Positions 26,968-36,537 of a stretch of DNA of 64,000 nt are shown in pieces (positions within the stretch are counted from its first letter, which is position 1; each line of letters starts with the position of its first letter). Below the pieces are notes generated by a model. That model saw nothing but the letters and a program-made list of their open reading frames with translations. It searched no databases and had not been told where the DNA came from. The DNA comes from an uncultured Clostridia bacterium (GTDB lineage Bacteria; Bacillota; Clostridia; Christensenellales; Pumilibacteraceae), in the NCBI GenBank assembly GCA_947086925.1, contig CAMUAL010000001.1, positions 1 to 64,000 of the forward strand. Reading direction: 5' to 3'. The position numbers and the translations under genes were made by a program.

Positions 26968-28173
26968 ATGACGGGCATAGCACAAAGAGCGCAACGGGTA
27001 TCTCCGTCGCTTACACTCGAAATCACTGCAAAGGCAAAAAAAATGCGGGCGGATGGCAAACCGGTCGTATCGTTCGGTGCGGGAGAACCCGACTTCAACA
27101 CTCCCGAATACATAGTAAAAGCGGCGGAATACGCGCTCGATTGCGGCATGACAAAGTACACGCCCGCGTCGGGAACGGAAGGACTCAAAAAAGCCATAGC
27201 GCATAAATTCGCCGTCGACAACAACTTGCATTACGACGCAAACGAAATAGTTGTGTCAAACGGTGCAAAACATTCGCTTTATAACGCGTTTTTATCGATT
27301 GTCAATCCTTCTGACGAGGTTATAATTCCCGCGCCTTATTGGCTTACTTATCCCGAGCTTGTCAAGCTGTGCGAAGGCGTTCCCGTATTCGTTCATACCA
27401 AAGCGGAAAACAACTTTAAAATGACACCCGACGAGTTGCGCGGCGCAATAACAAATAAGACCAAAGCGGTGCTTATAAACAACCCCTGCAACCCTACGGG
27501 CGCGGTATACACAAAAAGCGAACTGTGCGCGCTTGCCGAGGTTTTAAGTAATGTCGACGTTTACATTATATCCGACGAGATTTACGAAAAGCTTATGTAC
27601 GAGGGCGGCGGGTATTACTCGATTGCACAGTATTCGGAAGATATAAAAAAGCGCACTATTGTGGTAAACGGCGTATCGAAAACCTATTCCATGACGGGTT
27701 GGCGCATAGGCTACACGGCGAGCAGTGCCGAAATCGCAAAGGCAATGTCGAGCATGCAAAGTCACACAACATCCAATCCCAATACGATTGCGCAGTACGC
27801 CGCGCAGGAAGCATATATGCACTCCGAGGGAGAAAGCTTTTTGGCGGGAATGAAATCCACGTTCGACACACGCCGCAAGCTTATGATAGGCGAACTCGAA
27901 AAAATCGACAAGCTGAGCATAATCAAGCCGCAAGGTGCGTTTTACGTTATGGTAAACGTATCAAAGCTGTTTAAAAAGACCACGGCGGGCGGCGCGAAGC
28001 TTAAAACCGCGTATGATGTTGCCACCGCGTTGCTTAACGAAAAAATGGTTGCGTCTATACCGTGCGAGTCGTTCGGTGCGCCCGAGTATCTGCGCCTCAG
28101 TTATGCAATAAGCAACGAGGACATAAAAATCGGCTTAAAGCGCATAGCCGAATTTGTATCGGAAGTTAAGTAG
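26968..28173 (+). CDS. aspartate/aromatic aminotransferase (class I PLP fold)
   Basis: Start at ATG 26968 (GGAGG upstream; track TTG start 26932 has no RBS); PLP-Lys motif VVNGVSKTYSMTGWRIGY, other class-I AT signatures. Confidence 0.85.
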   Translation: MTGIAQRAQRVSPSLTLEITAKAKKMRADGKPVVSFGAGEPDFNTPEYIVKAAEYALDCGMTKYTPASGTEGLKKAIAHKFAVDNNLHYDANEIVVSNGAKHSLYNAFLSIVNPSDEVIIPAPYWLTYPELVKLCEGVPVFVHTKAENNFKMTPDELRGAITNKTKAVLINNPCNPTGAVYTKSELCALAEVLSNVDVYIISDEIYEKLMYEGGGYYSIAQYSEDIKKRTIVVNGVSKTYSMTGWRIGYTASSAEIAKAMSSMQSHTTSNPNTIAQYAAQEAYMHSEGESFLAGMKSTFDTRRKLMIGELEKIDKLSIIKPQGAFYVMVNVSKLFKKTTAGGAKLKTAYDVATALLNEKMVASIPCESFGAPEYLRLSYAISNEDIKIGLKRIAEFVSEVK

Positions 28174-28175
28174 CC

Positions 28176-28230
28176 GCAATAATAAATTAAGCGGCTGTAA
28201 TGAGAAGTTAAGCAGCCGCAATAAAAAGAA
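28176..28230 (+). terminator. tandem GC-stem hairpins (agccgc...gcggct; gcggctg...cagccgc) after aminotransferase gene
   Basis: Two overlapping perfect 6-7 bp stems read directly; weak T-run. Confidence 0.45.
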
Positions 28231-28296
28231 CACGATTTTCAATCGGAAAACCGATTAAAAAATAAAATCGCCGAAAACGGCAAAAAGGAGAGTATT

Positions 28297-28689
28297 ATGA
28301 TAGAACTCATTTATGGGGCAAAGGGCACGGGCAAAACTCAGCGCATTATAGAGAAAGCCAACAAAAAGGTCGAAGAAACAAAAGGGAACGTAGTTTTTAT
28401 CACGCCCGTAGATAAGTACAGTCTTGATATAAGCAACAACATCCGCTTTGTCGTTACGGCCGAGTACGGAATAAGCAAGGCGTGCGGACTTGCGGCGTTT
28501 ATTAAGGGCATGATTGCGGGTAATTCCGATATAAGCGATTTTTACATAGACGGAATGGCGCGCATAGGCGAAATCGACCCCGTGGAATTTATACCCGTTC
28601 TCGACGATATATCCACTCGTTACAACGTGAACTTTACCGTTACCGTAAGCATGGCGGAAGTTCCCGCAAAACTCAAAAGATACATTTAA
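28297..28689 (+). CDS. hypothetical small P-loop (Walker A GAKGTGKT) protein
   Basis: 130 aa, RBS aaaggagag; Walker A at residues 7-14, hydrophobic beta-strand after it (VVFITPVD); no family recognised. Confidence 0.5.
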   Translation: MIELIYGAKGTGKTQRIIEKANKKVEETKGNVVFITPVDKYSLDISNNIRFVVTAEYGISKACGLAAFIKGMIAGNSDISDFYIDGMARIGEIDPVEFIPVLDDISTRYNVNFTVTVSMAEVPAKLKRYI

Positions 28690-28757
28690 AAAGACGATAG
28701 CAATCGCAAAGGCAATCACGGTTTAAACTCGAAACCGAAAGGTAAAAACGGCAGACA

Positions 28758-30233
28758 ATGGAATTTTTCAGCACAAGAAACAAGAATAACACGGTAAGCG
28801 GAGCTCAGGCTATAACCAAAGGGATAAGCGACGAGGGCGGATTGTTTGTACCCGTTGCGTTTCCCAAGACGGAGCAGGACGAAATAGAGTCGTTCTGCGG
28901 TGCGGACTATGCGACTTCGGCGGCAAAAATAATAGGCAAATTTCTGCCCGAGCTTACTTGTCTTGCCGATTACACGCGTCTTGCATACGAAAAATTCGAC
29001 GGCGACCCCGCTCCCGTCGTTAAGCTCGACGACGGACTGTACGTAATGGAACTGTGGCACGGACCGACTCATGCGTTTAAAGACATTGCGCTCACGTTGC
29101 TTCCTTACCTTCTTACCGGAAGTAAAAAGCTTCTCGGCAATAGCAACATAACGCTTATACCCGTAGCCACAAGCGGCGATACGGGCAAAGCCGCGCTCGA
29201 AGGCTTTAAAAACGTAGACGGCACGGGCGTTGCGGTGTTCTATCCGCAGGGGGGAGTATCGGAACTGCAACAGCTGCAAATGATTACCACCGAAGGGGAC
29301 AACGTGTTCGTTTCGGCTGTGCACGGCAATTTCGACGACGCTCAGACCGCAGTTAAAAAAGCATTCACCGATTCGGAGCTCAACGCCGAGCTTAAAAAAG
29401 CGGGCATAGAGCTTTCGTCGGCAAATTCCATAAATTTCGGTCGTCTTGCGCCGCAGATTACTTACTACTTTACCGCATATGCCGATTTGCTCGACGGCGG
29501 GCAGATTAAGTACGGCGACAAGGTGGACTTCTGCGTTCCGAGCGGAAATTTCGGCGATATACTTGCGGGTTACTATGCGCGCAAAATGGGACTCCCCATA
29601 GGCAGGCTTATATGCGCGTCTAACATAAACAACGTATTGTGCGATTTTATACGCACCGGCAAATACGATGCCCGGCGCGAGTTTAAAAAAACCACTTCTC
29701 CGAGTATGGATATTCTCGTATCGTCCAACTTAGAGCGTCTTATTTTCGATTTAAGCGGCTGTGACGATAAATCCACTGCGCAGAGAATGACGGAGCTTAA
29801 AGAAAAGGGTGTGTACTCTATTACAAAGCCCGAGCTTGACGCAATGCGGAAAGTTTTTGCGGCGGATTATGCAACCGAGCGCGACGTTGCCGAAATCACC
29901 GAAAAATATTTCGACGAATACGGCTACATTATAGACCCTCATACGGCTGTTGCCGCGGCGGTTGCCGATAAATGCGCAGAGGAAAATCCCGTGGTTATTT
30001 TGTCTACGGCGTCGCCTCATAAGTTTGCGGCAAGCGTGCTTGAATACATAGGCGAAACGCCTACGGGGAACGAAGTGAAAGATTTGAAACTGCTCGAAGA
30101 CGTTACGGCGTTGCCTGTGCCCGATTCGCTTATAAATTTGCCGAAAAAGGAAAAACTCTTTACGGGCAGTGTGGAAATCGAGCAGGTGAATACGGTAATA
30201 AAAAGTTTTGCGGAAAAGCTTAAACATAATTGA
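28758..30233 (+). CDS. thrC: threonine synthase (long form)
   Basis: PLP-Lys motif (HGPTHAFKDIAL), 491 aa typical of long ThrC. Confidence 0.9.
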   Translation: MEFFSTRNKNNTVSGAQAITKGISDEGGLFVPVAFPKTEQDEIESFCGADYATSAAKIIGKFLPELTCLADYTRLAYEKFDGDPAPVVKLDDGLYVMELWHGPTHAFKDIALTLLPYLLTGSKKLLGNSNITLIPVATSGDTGKAALEGFKNVDGTGVAVFYPQGGVSELQQLQMITTEGDNVFVSAVHGNFDDAQTAVKKAFTDSELNAELKKAGIELSSANSINFGRLAPQITYYFTAYADLLDGGQIKYGDKVDFCVPSGNFGDILAGYYARKMGLPIGRLICASNINNVLCDFIRTGKYDARREFKKTTSPSMDILVSSNLERLIFDLSGCDDKSTAQRMTELKEKGVYSITKPELDAMRKVFAADYATERDVAEITEKYFDEYGYIIDPHTAVAAAVADKCAEENPVVILSTASPHKFAASVLEYIGETPTGNEVKDLKLLEDVTALPVPDSLINLPKKEKLFTGSVEIEQVNTVIKSFAEKLKHN

Positions 30234-30276
30234 AGTCGGAACAATAATCAAACCGAACAAAAAAGGGCATTAAGCA

Positions 30277-31290
30277 ATGAACGAAGCTAAGGAAAAGAAA
30301 AAAGTAATATTCAGTGCGGTTAAGCCGACCGGCATGCCGACGCTCGGCAGCTATGCGGGTGCGCTGAAAAATTGGCTTAAAATGCAGGAGGATTACGACT
30401 GTTTTTATTGCGTTGCCGATTTACACAGCATAACCGTAACTTTGAATCCCGCCGATTTCAGACGCAATACGCTCGAACTTTTGGCAATGTATATAGCGTT
30501 GGGACTCGACCCCGAAAAATGCACTCTGTTTTTGCAGTCGCATGTTTCGGCTCATGCCGAGCTTGCGTGGGTGCTTAACTGCCACACCCAATTCGGCGAG
30601 GCGCGCCGCATGACTCAGTTTAAGGAAAAGAGCAAGTCCGCGCCCGACAACGTAAACGTGGGACTTTTCGATTATCCCGTTTTAATGGCGGCGGACATAC
30701 TTTTGTATCAGGCGGAAATAGTTCCCGTAGGACAAGACCAAAAGCAACACGTCGAGTTGGCGCGAAACATAGCTCAGCGTTTTAATAACAAGTATTCGCC
30801 CACATTCGTTCTTCCCGAACCGGTAATTCCCAAAAGCGGCGCGAAAATCTGCGGACTGCAAAATCCGCTCAAAAAAATGAGCAAGTCCGAAGATAACGCG
30901 AACAACTGCGTATATCTTGCAGACGAACCCGACGCGATTATGCGTAAATTCAAGTCGGCGGTTACCGACAGCGGCTCGTGCGTAAAATACGCTCCGACGG
31001 AAAAAGCGGGTATAAGCAATCTGCTTACCGTGTATTCCGTATTTTCGGGCGTGAGCATAGATAAAGCGGAAAAAGAGTTCGAGGGTAGCGGTTACGCCGA
31101 CTTTAAAAAGCGTGTGGGCGAAGCGGTGTGCGAATTTTTGAAACCCGTTCAGTCGGAATACAAAAGATTGCTTGCGGATAAAGGGTATCTGCAATCGGTA
31201 ATGCGTGCGGGCGCCGAAAAGGCCGCAAGGGTTGCACGCAGAACATTAAGCAAAGTTTACAGAAAGGTCGGCTTTATAGCCTTGGAGTAG
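30277..31290 (+). CDS. trpS: tryptophan--tRNA ligase
   Basis: Class I HIGH-like region (PTGMPTLGSYAG), KMSKS motif present, 337 aa. Confidence 0.9.
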   Translation: MNEAKEKKKVIFSAVKPTGMPTLGSYAGALKNWLKMQEDYDCFYCVADLHSITVTLNPADFRRNTLELLAMYIALGLDPEKCTLFLQSHVSAHAELAWVLNCHTQFGEARRMTQFKEKSKSAPDNVNVGLFDYPVLMAADILLYQAEIVPVGQDQKQHVELARNIAQRFNNKYSPTFVLPEPVIPKSGAKICGLQNPLKKMSKSEDNANNCVYLADEPDAIMRKFKSAVTDSGSCVKYAPTEKAGISNLLTVYSVFSGVSIDKAEKEFEGSGYADFKKRVGEAVCEFLKPVQSEYKRLLADKGYLQSVMRAGAEKAARVARRTLSKVYRKVGFIALE

Positions 31291-31300
31291 GAGAAAGATT

Positions 31301-32167
31301 TTGTACGGATATGTTGTGCCGATAAAAAACGAGCTCGGACAAGGCGACTTCGGACTTTACCGCGCGTTTTACTGCGGAATATGTAAGTCTACGGGTAAAA
31401 TGTTCGGGCAGATGCCGCGCTTTACCACTAACTACGATATGGTTTTTTTGAGCGTATTACTGCACGACTATACAAAACAGGAAGTGCGATTCTCGAACGA
31501 GGGGTGTATACTTAGTCCGCGAAAAAAAACAATCGTTCTCGGAAACTGCCTTTTCGATAAAATCGTTGCCGCAAATATCATACTCAGCTACAATAAGGCT
31601 CTCGACGACGTGACGGACGGCGGCGGCGTAAAAAAACGCGCGGCATTGCGAATGCTTAAAAAGCATTACAAGTCGGCGGCGGCAATGTTGCCCGAAATCG
31701 ACGCAATAGTAACCGAGCAATACGCAAAACTGCGCGAGTACGAAAAACAGAACTTCTCGGGAGTGGACAGAGTGGCGGACTGCTTTGCCGATATGCTCGG
31801 CAGGATAGGCGCATTTCTTGCTCAAACGCAAGAAGAAAATTTCGTTAAGCTGTTGTATAACGTGGGCAAATTCGTTTATCTTGCCGACGCGGTAGACGAC
31901 CTTGACGATGACTTCAAAAAGAAAAGATACAATCCGCTTATAGCGCGGTTCGGAAACTATACTTCCAGAAAGCAGTTTATATCCGACAACCGCGCCGAAC
32001 TCACATTTATGCTTGCAAGCGCGGTGAATCGCGCAATAGAATGTTTTAACGGTATGGTCTTTACGGGCGCGAGCGACCTTCTGAAAAATATTCTTTATAA
32101 AGGGCTGAGGAGCAAGTGCGACGAGCTTTTAAGCAGCGAAAAAAAACTTCCCGCGCCGAAGATTTGA
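31301..32167 (+). CDS. hypothetical protein (possibly DUF5685-like); TTG start coupled to trpS
   Basis: 288 aa, RBS aggag 7 nt upstream of TTG; conserved-looking N-terminus MYGYVVPIKNELGQGDFGLYRAFYCGICK; no catalytic motif recognised. Confidence 0.45.
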   Translation: MYGYVVPIKNELGQGDFGLYRAFYCGICKSTGKMFGQMPRFTTNYDMVFLSVLLHDYTKQEVRFSNEGCILSPRKKTIVLGNCLFDKIVAANIILSYNKALDDVTDGGGVKKRAALRMLKKHYKSAAAMLPEIDAIVTEQYAKLREYEKQNFSGVDRVADCFADMLGRIGAFLAQTQEENFVKLLYNVGKFVYLADAVDDLDDDFKKKRYNPLIARFGNYTSRKQFISDNRAELTFMLASAVNRAIECFNGMVFTGASDLLKNILYKGLRSKCDELLSSEKKLPAPKI

Positions 32168-32317
32168 AAACCGTTATAAAAAACACGCATTAAACACATA
32201 TATATGTTATAATCGAAAAAAGCGGGTGTGCCGTTACAAAGTCGTTTCAAATTGCATGGTATAAGTATCAATCCCGAAAACGGCAAGCGGCTAAACCCGT
32301 ATCAGTAGGAGAATAAA

Positions 32318-32929
32318 ATGAAAGACCCGTACAGTGTGCTCGGATTATCCCCCGAAACTCCCGAAGAAGAACTTAAAGCGCGTTACGAAGAACTGAAAGC
32401 CGAGTACGGCGAACAGCGTTTCAAAACGGGAGCAGAGGGCAACGAAGGCGCGCGCAAGTTAAGCGAACTCGAAGCCGCATGGAGCGAAATTTCCGCGAAG
32501 TTCGGCAAACGCGAATCGCAGGAGACGTTCGGCGACGTCGATTACGGAGAAATCGACGACCTTATAAAAAAGGGCGAATATAACGAGGCGCAAAACAAAC
32601 TCGACGAAATTACCGACCGCAATGCTCAGTGGCACTATTTGCAATCTATTATATATTACAAGCGCGAGTGGATGAACGACAGCCGTATTCAGCTTGCCGA
32701 GGCGGTTAAAATGGACCCGACTAACGAAAAGTACCGTTCCGCGCTCGAAAAGCTCGATTTGGTTATAGGGAATCCGCAAGTCGACCCGCGCACCATAGGC
32801 GCGAACGGCGAGCAACCTACGCGTCAGCAAGACAACGGGCAGGTTTGCGGCGGCAATACATTAAGCAACTGCTGTTTGGCATATCTGTGCACAGATTGTT
32901 GCTGTACTATGACGCGCTGTTGCGGTTAG
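32318..32929 (+). CDS. J-domain-like (no HPD) + TPR-like + Cys-rich C-terminal tail protein
   Basis: RBS aggag; N-terminal DPYSVLGL... J-like fold lacking HPD; central TPR-like helices; last 29 aa contain 11 Cys (CGGNTLSNCCLAYLCTDCCCTMTRCCG). Confidence 0.6.
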   Translation: MKDPYSVLGLSPETPEEELKARYEELKAEYGEQRFKTGAEGNEGARKLSELEAAWSEISAKFGKRESQETFGDVDYGEIDDLIKKGEYNEAQNKLDEITDRNAQWHYLQSIIYYKREWMNDSRIQLAEAVKMDPTNEKYRSALEKLDLVIGNPQVDPRTIGANGEQPTRQQDNGQVCGGNTLSNCCLAYLCTDCCCTMTRCCG

Positions 32930-33107
32930 CAAGGCATATACGGGGCATCTCGACACTGCGTGTTCGTTGCCAATCGGTTATATATATGTAAAATACACTC
33001 TCGCGCGGGCAACGCAACCGTTGTGTCAATCCGCAACCCGTCTCCGTCGCCGTAAAAAACCCCTGCCTTAGACGGGGGGGGGATTAAAAGGGGCGGGAAT
33101 TAAAAAG

Positions 33108-33173
33108 GACCTCTCCGCTACGGTCGAGGTGACAGTGTAGCGGCTATGCCATTCCGAGCGAAGTCGAGGAATC
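33108..33173. repeat. pair of family-A hairpin repeat units (inverted unit 33108-33133, forward AT-stem unit 33148-33173)
   Basis: gacctctccgctacggtcgaggtgac and gccattccgagcgaagtcgaggaatc read directly. Confidence 0.8.
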
Positions 33174-33193
33174 TAAAAAAAACGAGGCGATTT

Positions 33194-33721
33194 ATGAGTC
33201 ATACGCGGAAAATAACATATTCGGCAGTGGGAGCCGCAATCAGCGCGGTGTGCGTGTGTCTTACGAATTTCGGTTGGCTTAAAGTATCGCTCCTTATGTT
33301 TGCCGCACTGTGCTATTATATAATTTTTATTAAATGTGGTCTGTTTTACGGACTTGCCGATATTGCAATAAGTCTGCTTGTGGCGTTTTTTGCGTTCGGC
33401 ATAACGCCGCTGAGTTCGGCGTTTTTGCTCGATTCACTTATTTTTGCGCCGTTTTCGCTATTGTGCTATATAATAAAAAAACTTTATTATACAAAATGGC
33501 AAACGGCTTTGATTCGTCTTGTTATAATGGCGGCGTTTGCAAACGCGTCGCTTGTGGCGGTATGGTTTACCGCAAAGTGGATTACCACAATCGATATATT
33601 TATGATTGCGTCACGCATAGGGGGATACGCCGTGCTTGCAATGCTGTTTACTTTGTTTGCTTTGATATTCGACTTTCTGTTTAATCAGTTGAGCATACGG
33701 ATAGTAAAACTCATAAAATAA
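33194..33721 (+). CDS. hypothetical 5-6 TM membrane protein (ECF-S-component-like size/topology)
   Basis: Start at ATG 33194 (gagg RBS); track start 33146 lies inside the repeat element; 175 aa, strongly hydrophobic. Confidence 0.5.
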   Translation: MSHTRKITYSAVGAAISAVCVCLTNFGWLKVSLLMFAALCYYIIFIKCGLFYGLADIAISLLVAFFAFGITPLSSAFLLDSLIFAPFSLLCYIIKKLYYTKWQTALIRLVIMAAFANASLVAVWFTAKWITTIDIFMIASRIGGYAVLAMLFTLFALIFDFLFNQLSIRIVKLIK

Positions 33722-33758
33722 AAACTTTAATCAATTACGGAAAATCCGAAAAAATCGC

Positions 33759-33788
33759 TTGACACCGCTGTGCCGTGTGTGCTAACAT
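33759..33788 (+). promoter_or_regulatory. promoter TTGACA-18-TAACAT upstream of rpmG-secE-nusG
   Basis: TTGACA 33759-33764, TAACAT 33783-33788. Confidence 0.45.
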
Positions 33789-33851
33789 AAATAAGCACCG
33801 CAGTATGGGGTGTTATTTTTTCTATGCGAACTTATAAAGGAGTAAACATAA

Positions 33852-34013
33852 ATGGCTGCTACTACCAGAACGCGTATAACGCTTGCCTGCACCGAGTGCA
33901 AACAGCGCAATTACGACAATATGAAGAACAAAAAGAACGACCCCGACAGAATCGAGCTTAAAAAATACTGCAAGTTCTGCCAAAAGCACACCGTTCATAA
34001 GGAGACGAAGTAA
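33852..34013 (+). CDS. rpmG: 50S ribosomal protein L33 (not in ORF track)
   Basis: [53 protein letters not shown]; zinc-ribbon CxxC...CxxC; canonical position before secE. Confidence 0.9.
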   Translation: MAATTRTRITLACTECKQRNYDNMKNKKNDPDRIELKKYCKFCQKHTVHKETK

Positions 34014-34015
34014 CA

Positions 34016-34339
34016 ATGGCGAATGATAAAAATTCGCAAGGCGAAAAGGTAAAAAAGCGCAGTCGCGTTAAAGAAACTTTTGCCGAACTCAAAAAGGTTA
34101 CTTGGCCTACTTTCGGCAAAACCATGAAACAGACGGGAGCCGTTTTGGTGGTAACTCTGTTCTTCTTTGTTATACTTCTTATAATGGATTATCTTCTCGG
34201 CTTGGCGCACAAGGCACTTATAACGGGTATCGGCGACGCGTCCGATGCAACCGCGGCTGTATCGAACTTGCTCGGCGGACTTAAAAGTTACGCTTGCGCA
34301 CTGTTTAACGGCGCGCCCGCTTTGCCTTTACTGATATAG
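34016..34339 (+). CDS. secE: preprotein translocase subunit SecE (with ~40-aa C-terminal extension)
   Basis: AGGAG RBS; basic N-terminus + single TM (LVVTLFFFVILLIMDYLLGL); 107 aa is longer than usual SecE. Confidence 0.75.
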   Translation: MANDKNSQGEKVKKRSRVKETFAELKKVTWPTFGKTMKQTGAVLVVTLFFFVILLIMDYLLGLAHKALITGIGDASDATAAVSNLLGGLKSYACALFNGAPALPLLI

Positions 34340-34343
34340 GCAG

Positions 34344-34940
34344 GTGAACACCGTGGAAGAAGAACTTACGACTACACCCGAGGTTGCGGATATTCAATCC
34401 GAGTCCGCGCCCGCTCAGCCCGAGCCCAAATGGTATGTGCTTCATACTTACTCGGGTTACGAGAACATGGTGCGCGATAACCTGAAAATGGTTTTCGAAA
34501 AGAACAATATGCTCGACCGTCTTGTTAAAATCACTATTCCTATGGAAGACGTGGTAGAGGAGAAGAACGGTAAGCGCAAAATCGTTCAACGCCGTATGTT
34601 CCCGTGCTACGTACTTATAAAAATGGTTTACGACAATAGCATGTGGCACATGATAACCAACACCCGCGGCGTTACCGGCTTTGTAGGGCCCAAAGGTTAT
34701 CCTTTGCCGCTCACTGCCGACGAAATCAAGCGCATGCACATCGACGACGACACATTGGTTGTCGAAACCGATTATCACGTGGGCGACCGCGTAAAAGTTA
34801 CGCAAGGTCCTTTGGAGGGATTTATGGGCGAAATCGACACAATCGATGCCGCCGCAGGCAAATGCCGCGTAACCGTGAGCATGTTCGGACGCGAAACTCC
34901 CGTGGATTTGGAGCTTAGGCAGATAGAACACGCCGAATAA
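34344..34940 (+). CDS. nusG: transcription termination/antitermination factor NusG
   Basis: NGN domain (KWYVLHTYSGYEN) + KOW (GDRVKVTQGPLEGFMGEI); GTG start at 34344 or 34353 (28-aa N-extension, no in-frame ATG upstream of KWY). Confidence 0.85.
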   Translation: MNTVEEELTTTPEVADIQSESAPAQPEPKWYVLHTYSGYENMVRDNLKMVFEKNNMLDRLVKITIPMEDVVEEKNGKRKIVQRRMFPCYVLIKMVYDNSMWHMITNTRGVTGFVGPKGYPLPLTADEIKRMHIDDDTLVVETDYHVGDRVKVTQGPLEGFMGEIDTIDAAAGKCRVTVSMFGRETPVDLELRQIEHAE

Positions 34941-34988
34941 TTACGGTATTGTATAGTAGCGCGTCTTTCCGCTACGCTTGCCGCGCCC

Positions 34989-35047
34989 GCTCGGTCACGT
35001 ACGCCAATGTACGCTCGCTCGCGTGTGCGCCAACTGTTGCGAAAATC
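34989..35047 (+). repeat. dispersed repeat family B copy (gctcggtcacgtacgcc...cgcgtgtgcgccaactgttgcgaaaatc)
   Basis: ~59-bp segment ~80% identical to 54687-54745; located in the unusually long nusG-rplK spacer. Confidence 0.8.
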
Positions 35048-35160
35048 CGCACCACTCTCCGCCACTTCGGCGGAATTAAAAGAAACAATTCGGGAGAACG
35101 GCAGTGGCTGTTCGGTTGTACCGCGATTGCTATATAAAATAAGCAAGGAGAAACAAAACA

Positions 35161-35586
35161 ATGGCAAAAAAATTGCAAGCAGTAGTAAAGCTTCAACTGC
35201 CCGCCGGCAAGGCGACCCCGGGACCTCCCGTTGGTAGCAGCCTCGGTCCGCACGGCATAAACATTCCGGGCTTTACAAAAGAGTTCAACGAAAAAACGCG
35301 CGGACAAGAGGGACTTATAATCCCCGTTGTAATCAGCATATATGCCGACCGTAGCTTTACGTTTGTGCTTAAAACCCCGCCCGCGGCAGTCCTTATCAAA
35401 AAGGCTTGCGGAATCGAGAGCGGAAGTGCTAAACCCAACAAAGACAAAGTAGCTAAAATCACAAAAGCTCAGCTTACAGAGATAGCTACAACCAAAATGC
35501 CCGACCTTAATGCGGCGTCGCTCGATGCGGCTATAAGCATGATAGCGGGAACGGCGCGCAGTATGGGCGTTACCGTGGTAGACTGA
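35161..35586 (+). CDS. rplK: 50S ribosomal protein L11
   Basis: [12 protein letters not shown]...GPHGINI signature. Confidence 0.95.
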   Translation: MAKKLQAVVKLQLPAGKATPGPPVGSSLGPHGINIPGFTKEFNEKTRGQEGLIIPVVISIYADRSFTFVLKTPPAAVLIKKACGIESGSAKPNKDKVAKITKAQLTEIATTKMPDLNAASLDAAISMIAGTARSMGVTVVD

Positions 35587-35600
35587 GGAGGGTTAGCATA

Positions 35601-36284
35601 ATGAGCGGAAAGAATTACAGAGATAGCGTTAAAGCACTTGATTTATCTAAATTATACGACCCTGCCGATGCAATCAATGCGGTTATAGCCTCGGCAAAAG
35701 CGAAGTTCGACGAAACGGTAGAACTTCACGTGCGCCTCGGCGTAGACCCCCGTCAGGCGGACCAGCAGGTTCGCGGCACGGTTGTACTTCCCAACGGAAC
35801 GGGTAAGTCGGTTAAAGTTTTGGTTATCGCAAAAGGCGACAAAGCCGATATTGCGGTTAAGGCCGGCGCCGATATCGTAGGAGCGGAAGAAATCATTGCA
35901 AAAATTCTCAACGAGAATTACCTTGATTTCGACGTTGTTATAACTTCGCCCGACATGATGGGTCAAATGGGTAGAGTAGCTAAAATCCTCGGTCCCAAAG
36001 GCTTGATGCCTTCGCCTAAGTCCGGAACGGTTACTCCCGACATCGAAAAGGCCATTAAAGAAACCAAAGCAGGTAAGGTTGAATACCGCGTAGACAAAAC
36101 GGCTATTATTCACTGCCCCATAGGCAAAAAGTCGTTCGGTGCGGACAAACTCTTAGAGAACTTCAACGTGCTTATGGAAGCCATTGTAAAGGCTAAGCCC
36201 GCCGCGGCAAAAGGCACTTACATTAAGAGCGTTTACACCGCGTCTACAATGGGTCCCGGCGTAAAGGTTAATTACAGAATTTAA
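35601..36284 (+). CDS. rplA: 50S ribosomal protein L1
   Basis: Translation matches uL1; position after rplK. Confidence 0.95.
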   Translation: MSGKNYRDSVKALDLSKLYDPADAINAVIASAKAKFDETVELHVRLGVDPRQADQQVRGTVVLPNGTGKSVKVLVIAKGDKADIAVKAGADIVGAEEIIAKILNENYLDFDVVITSPDMMGQMGRVAKILGPKGLMPSPKSGTVTPDIEKAIKETKAGKVEYRVDKTAIIHCPIGKKSFGADKLLENFNVLMEAIVKAKPAAAKGTYIKSVYTASTMGPGVKVNYRI

Positions 36285-36537
36285 TCGCGCGGCAGTTGCG
36301 GATTAAAGCAAAGCAACAATCCAAAAACACAACGCACTCAATTAAATAACCTAAGACAACAAGCGTTTAACAAAACTCAAATGATTGAAAAATCGGCTTG
36401 TCGAGGTGTTTATATCTTTTAATTGCAAAGCACGATTTAAGTGCGGCAAACGTAAAAGACTCTGACGCCTCGTTTAATCGGGGCGTTTGTTTTATAGCAA
36501 CCACGGTTGCGAAAAATAAAACAGGAGGTAAAAAAGA
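36285..36537 (+). promoter_or_regulatory. rplJ (L10) 5' leader region
   Basis: 250-nt noncoding stretch upstream of rplJ in conserved position of the L10 autoregulatory leader; structure not verified. Confidence 0.4.

Noticed and set aside
33060-33108. G-rich run (cccctgccttagacggggggggg ... ggggcggg) as a possible G-quadruplex or homopolymer slippage site, together with the cccgccgagggcagggg mini-repeats at 37069-37127
   Set aside because: They are probably part of the same repeat-element insertions. With only three short copies and no consistent structure, they are not treated as a separate family. The G9 homopolymer could also be a sequencing-error hotspot.
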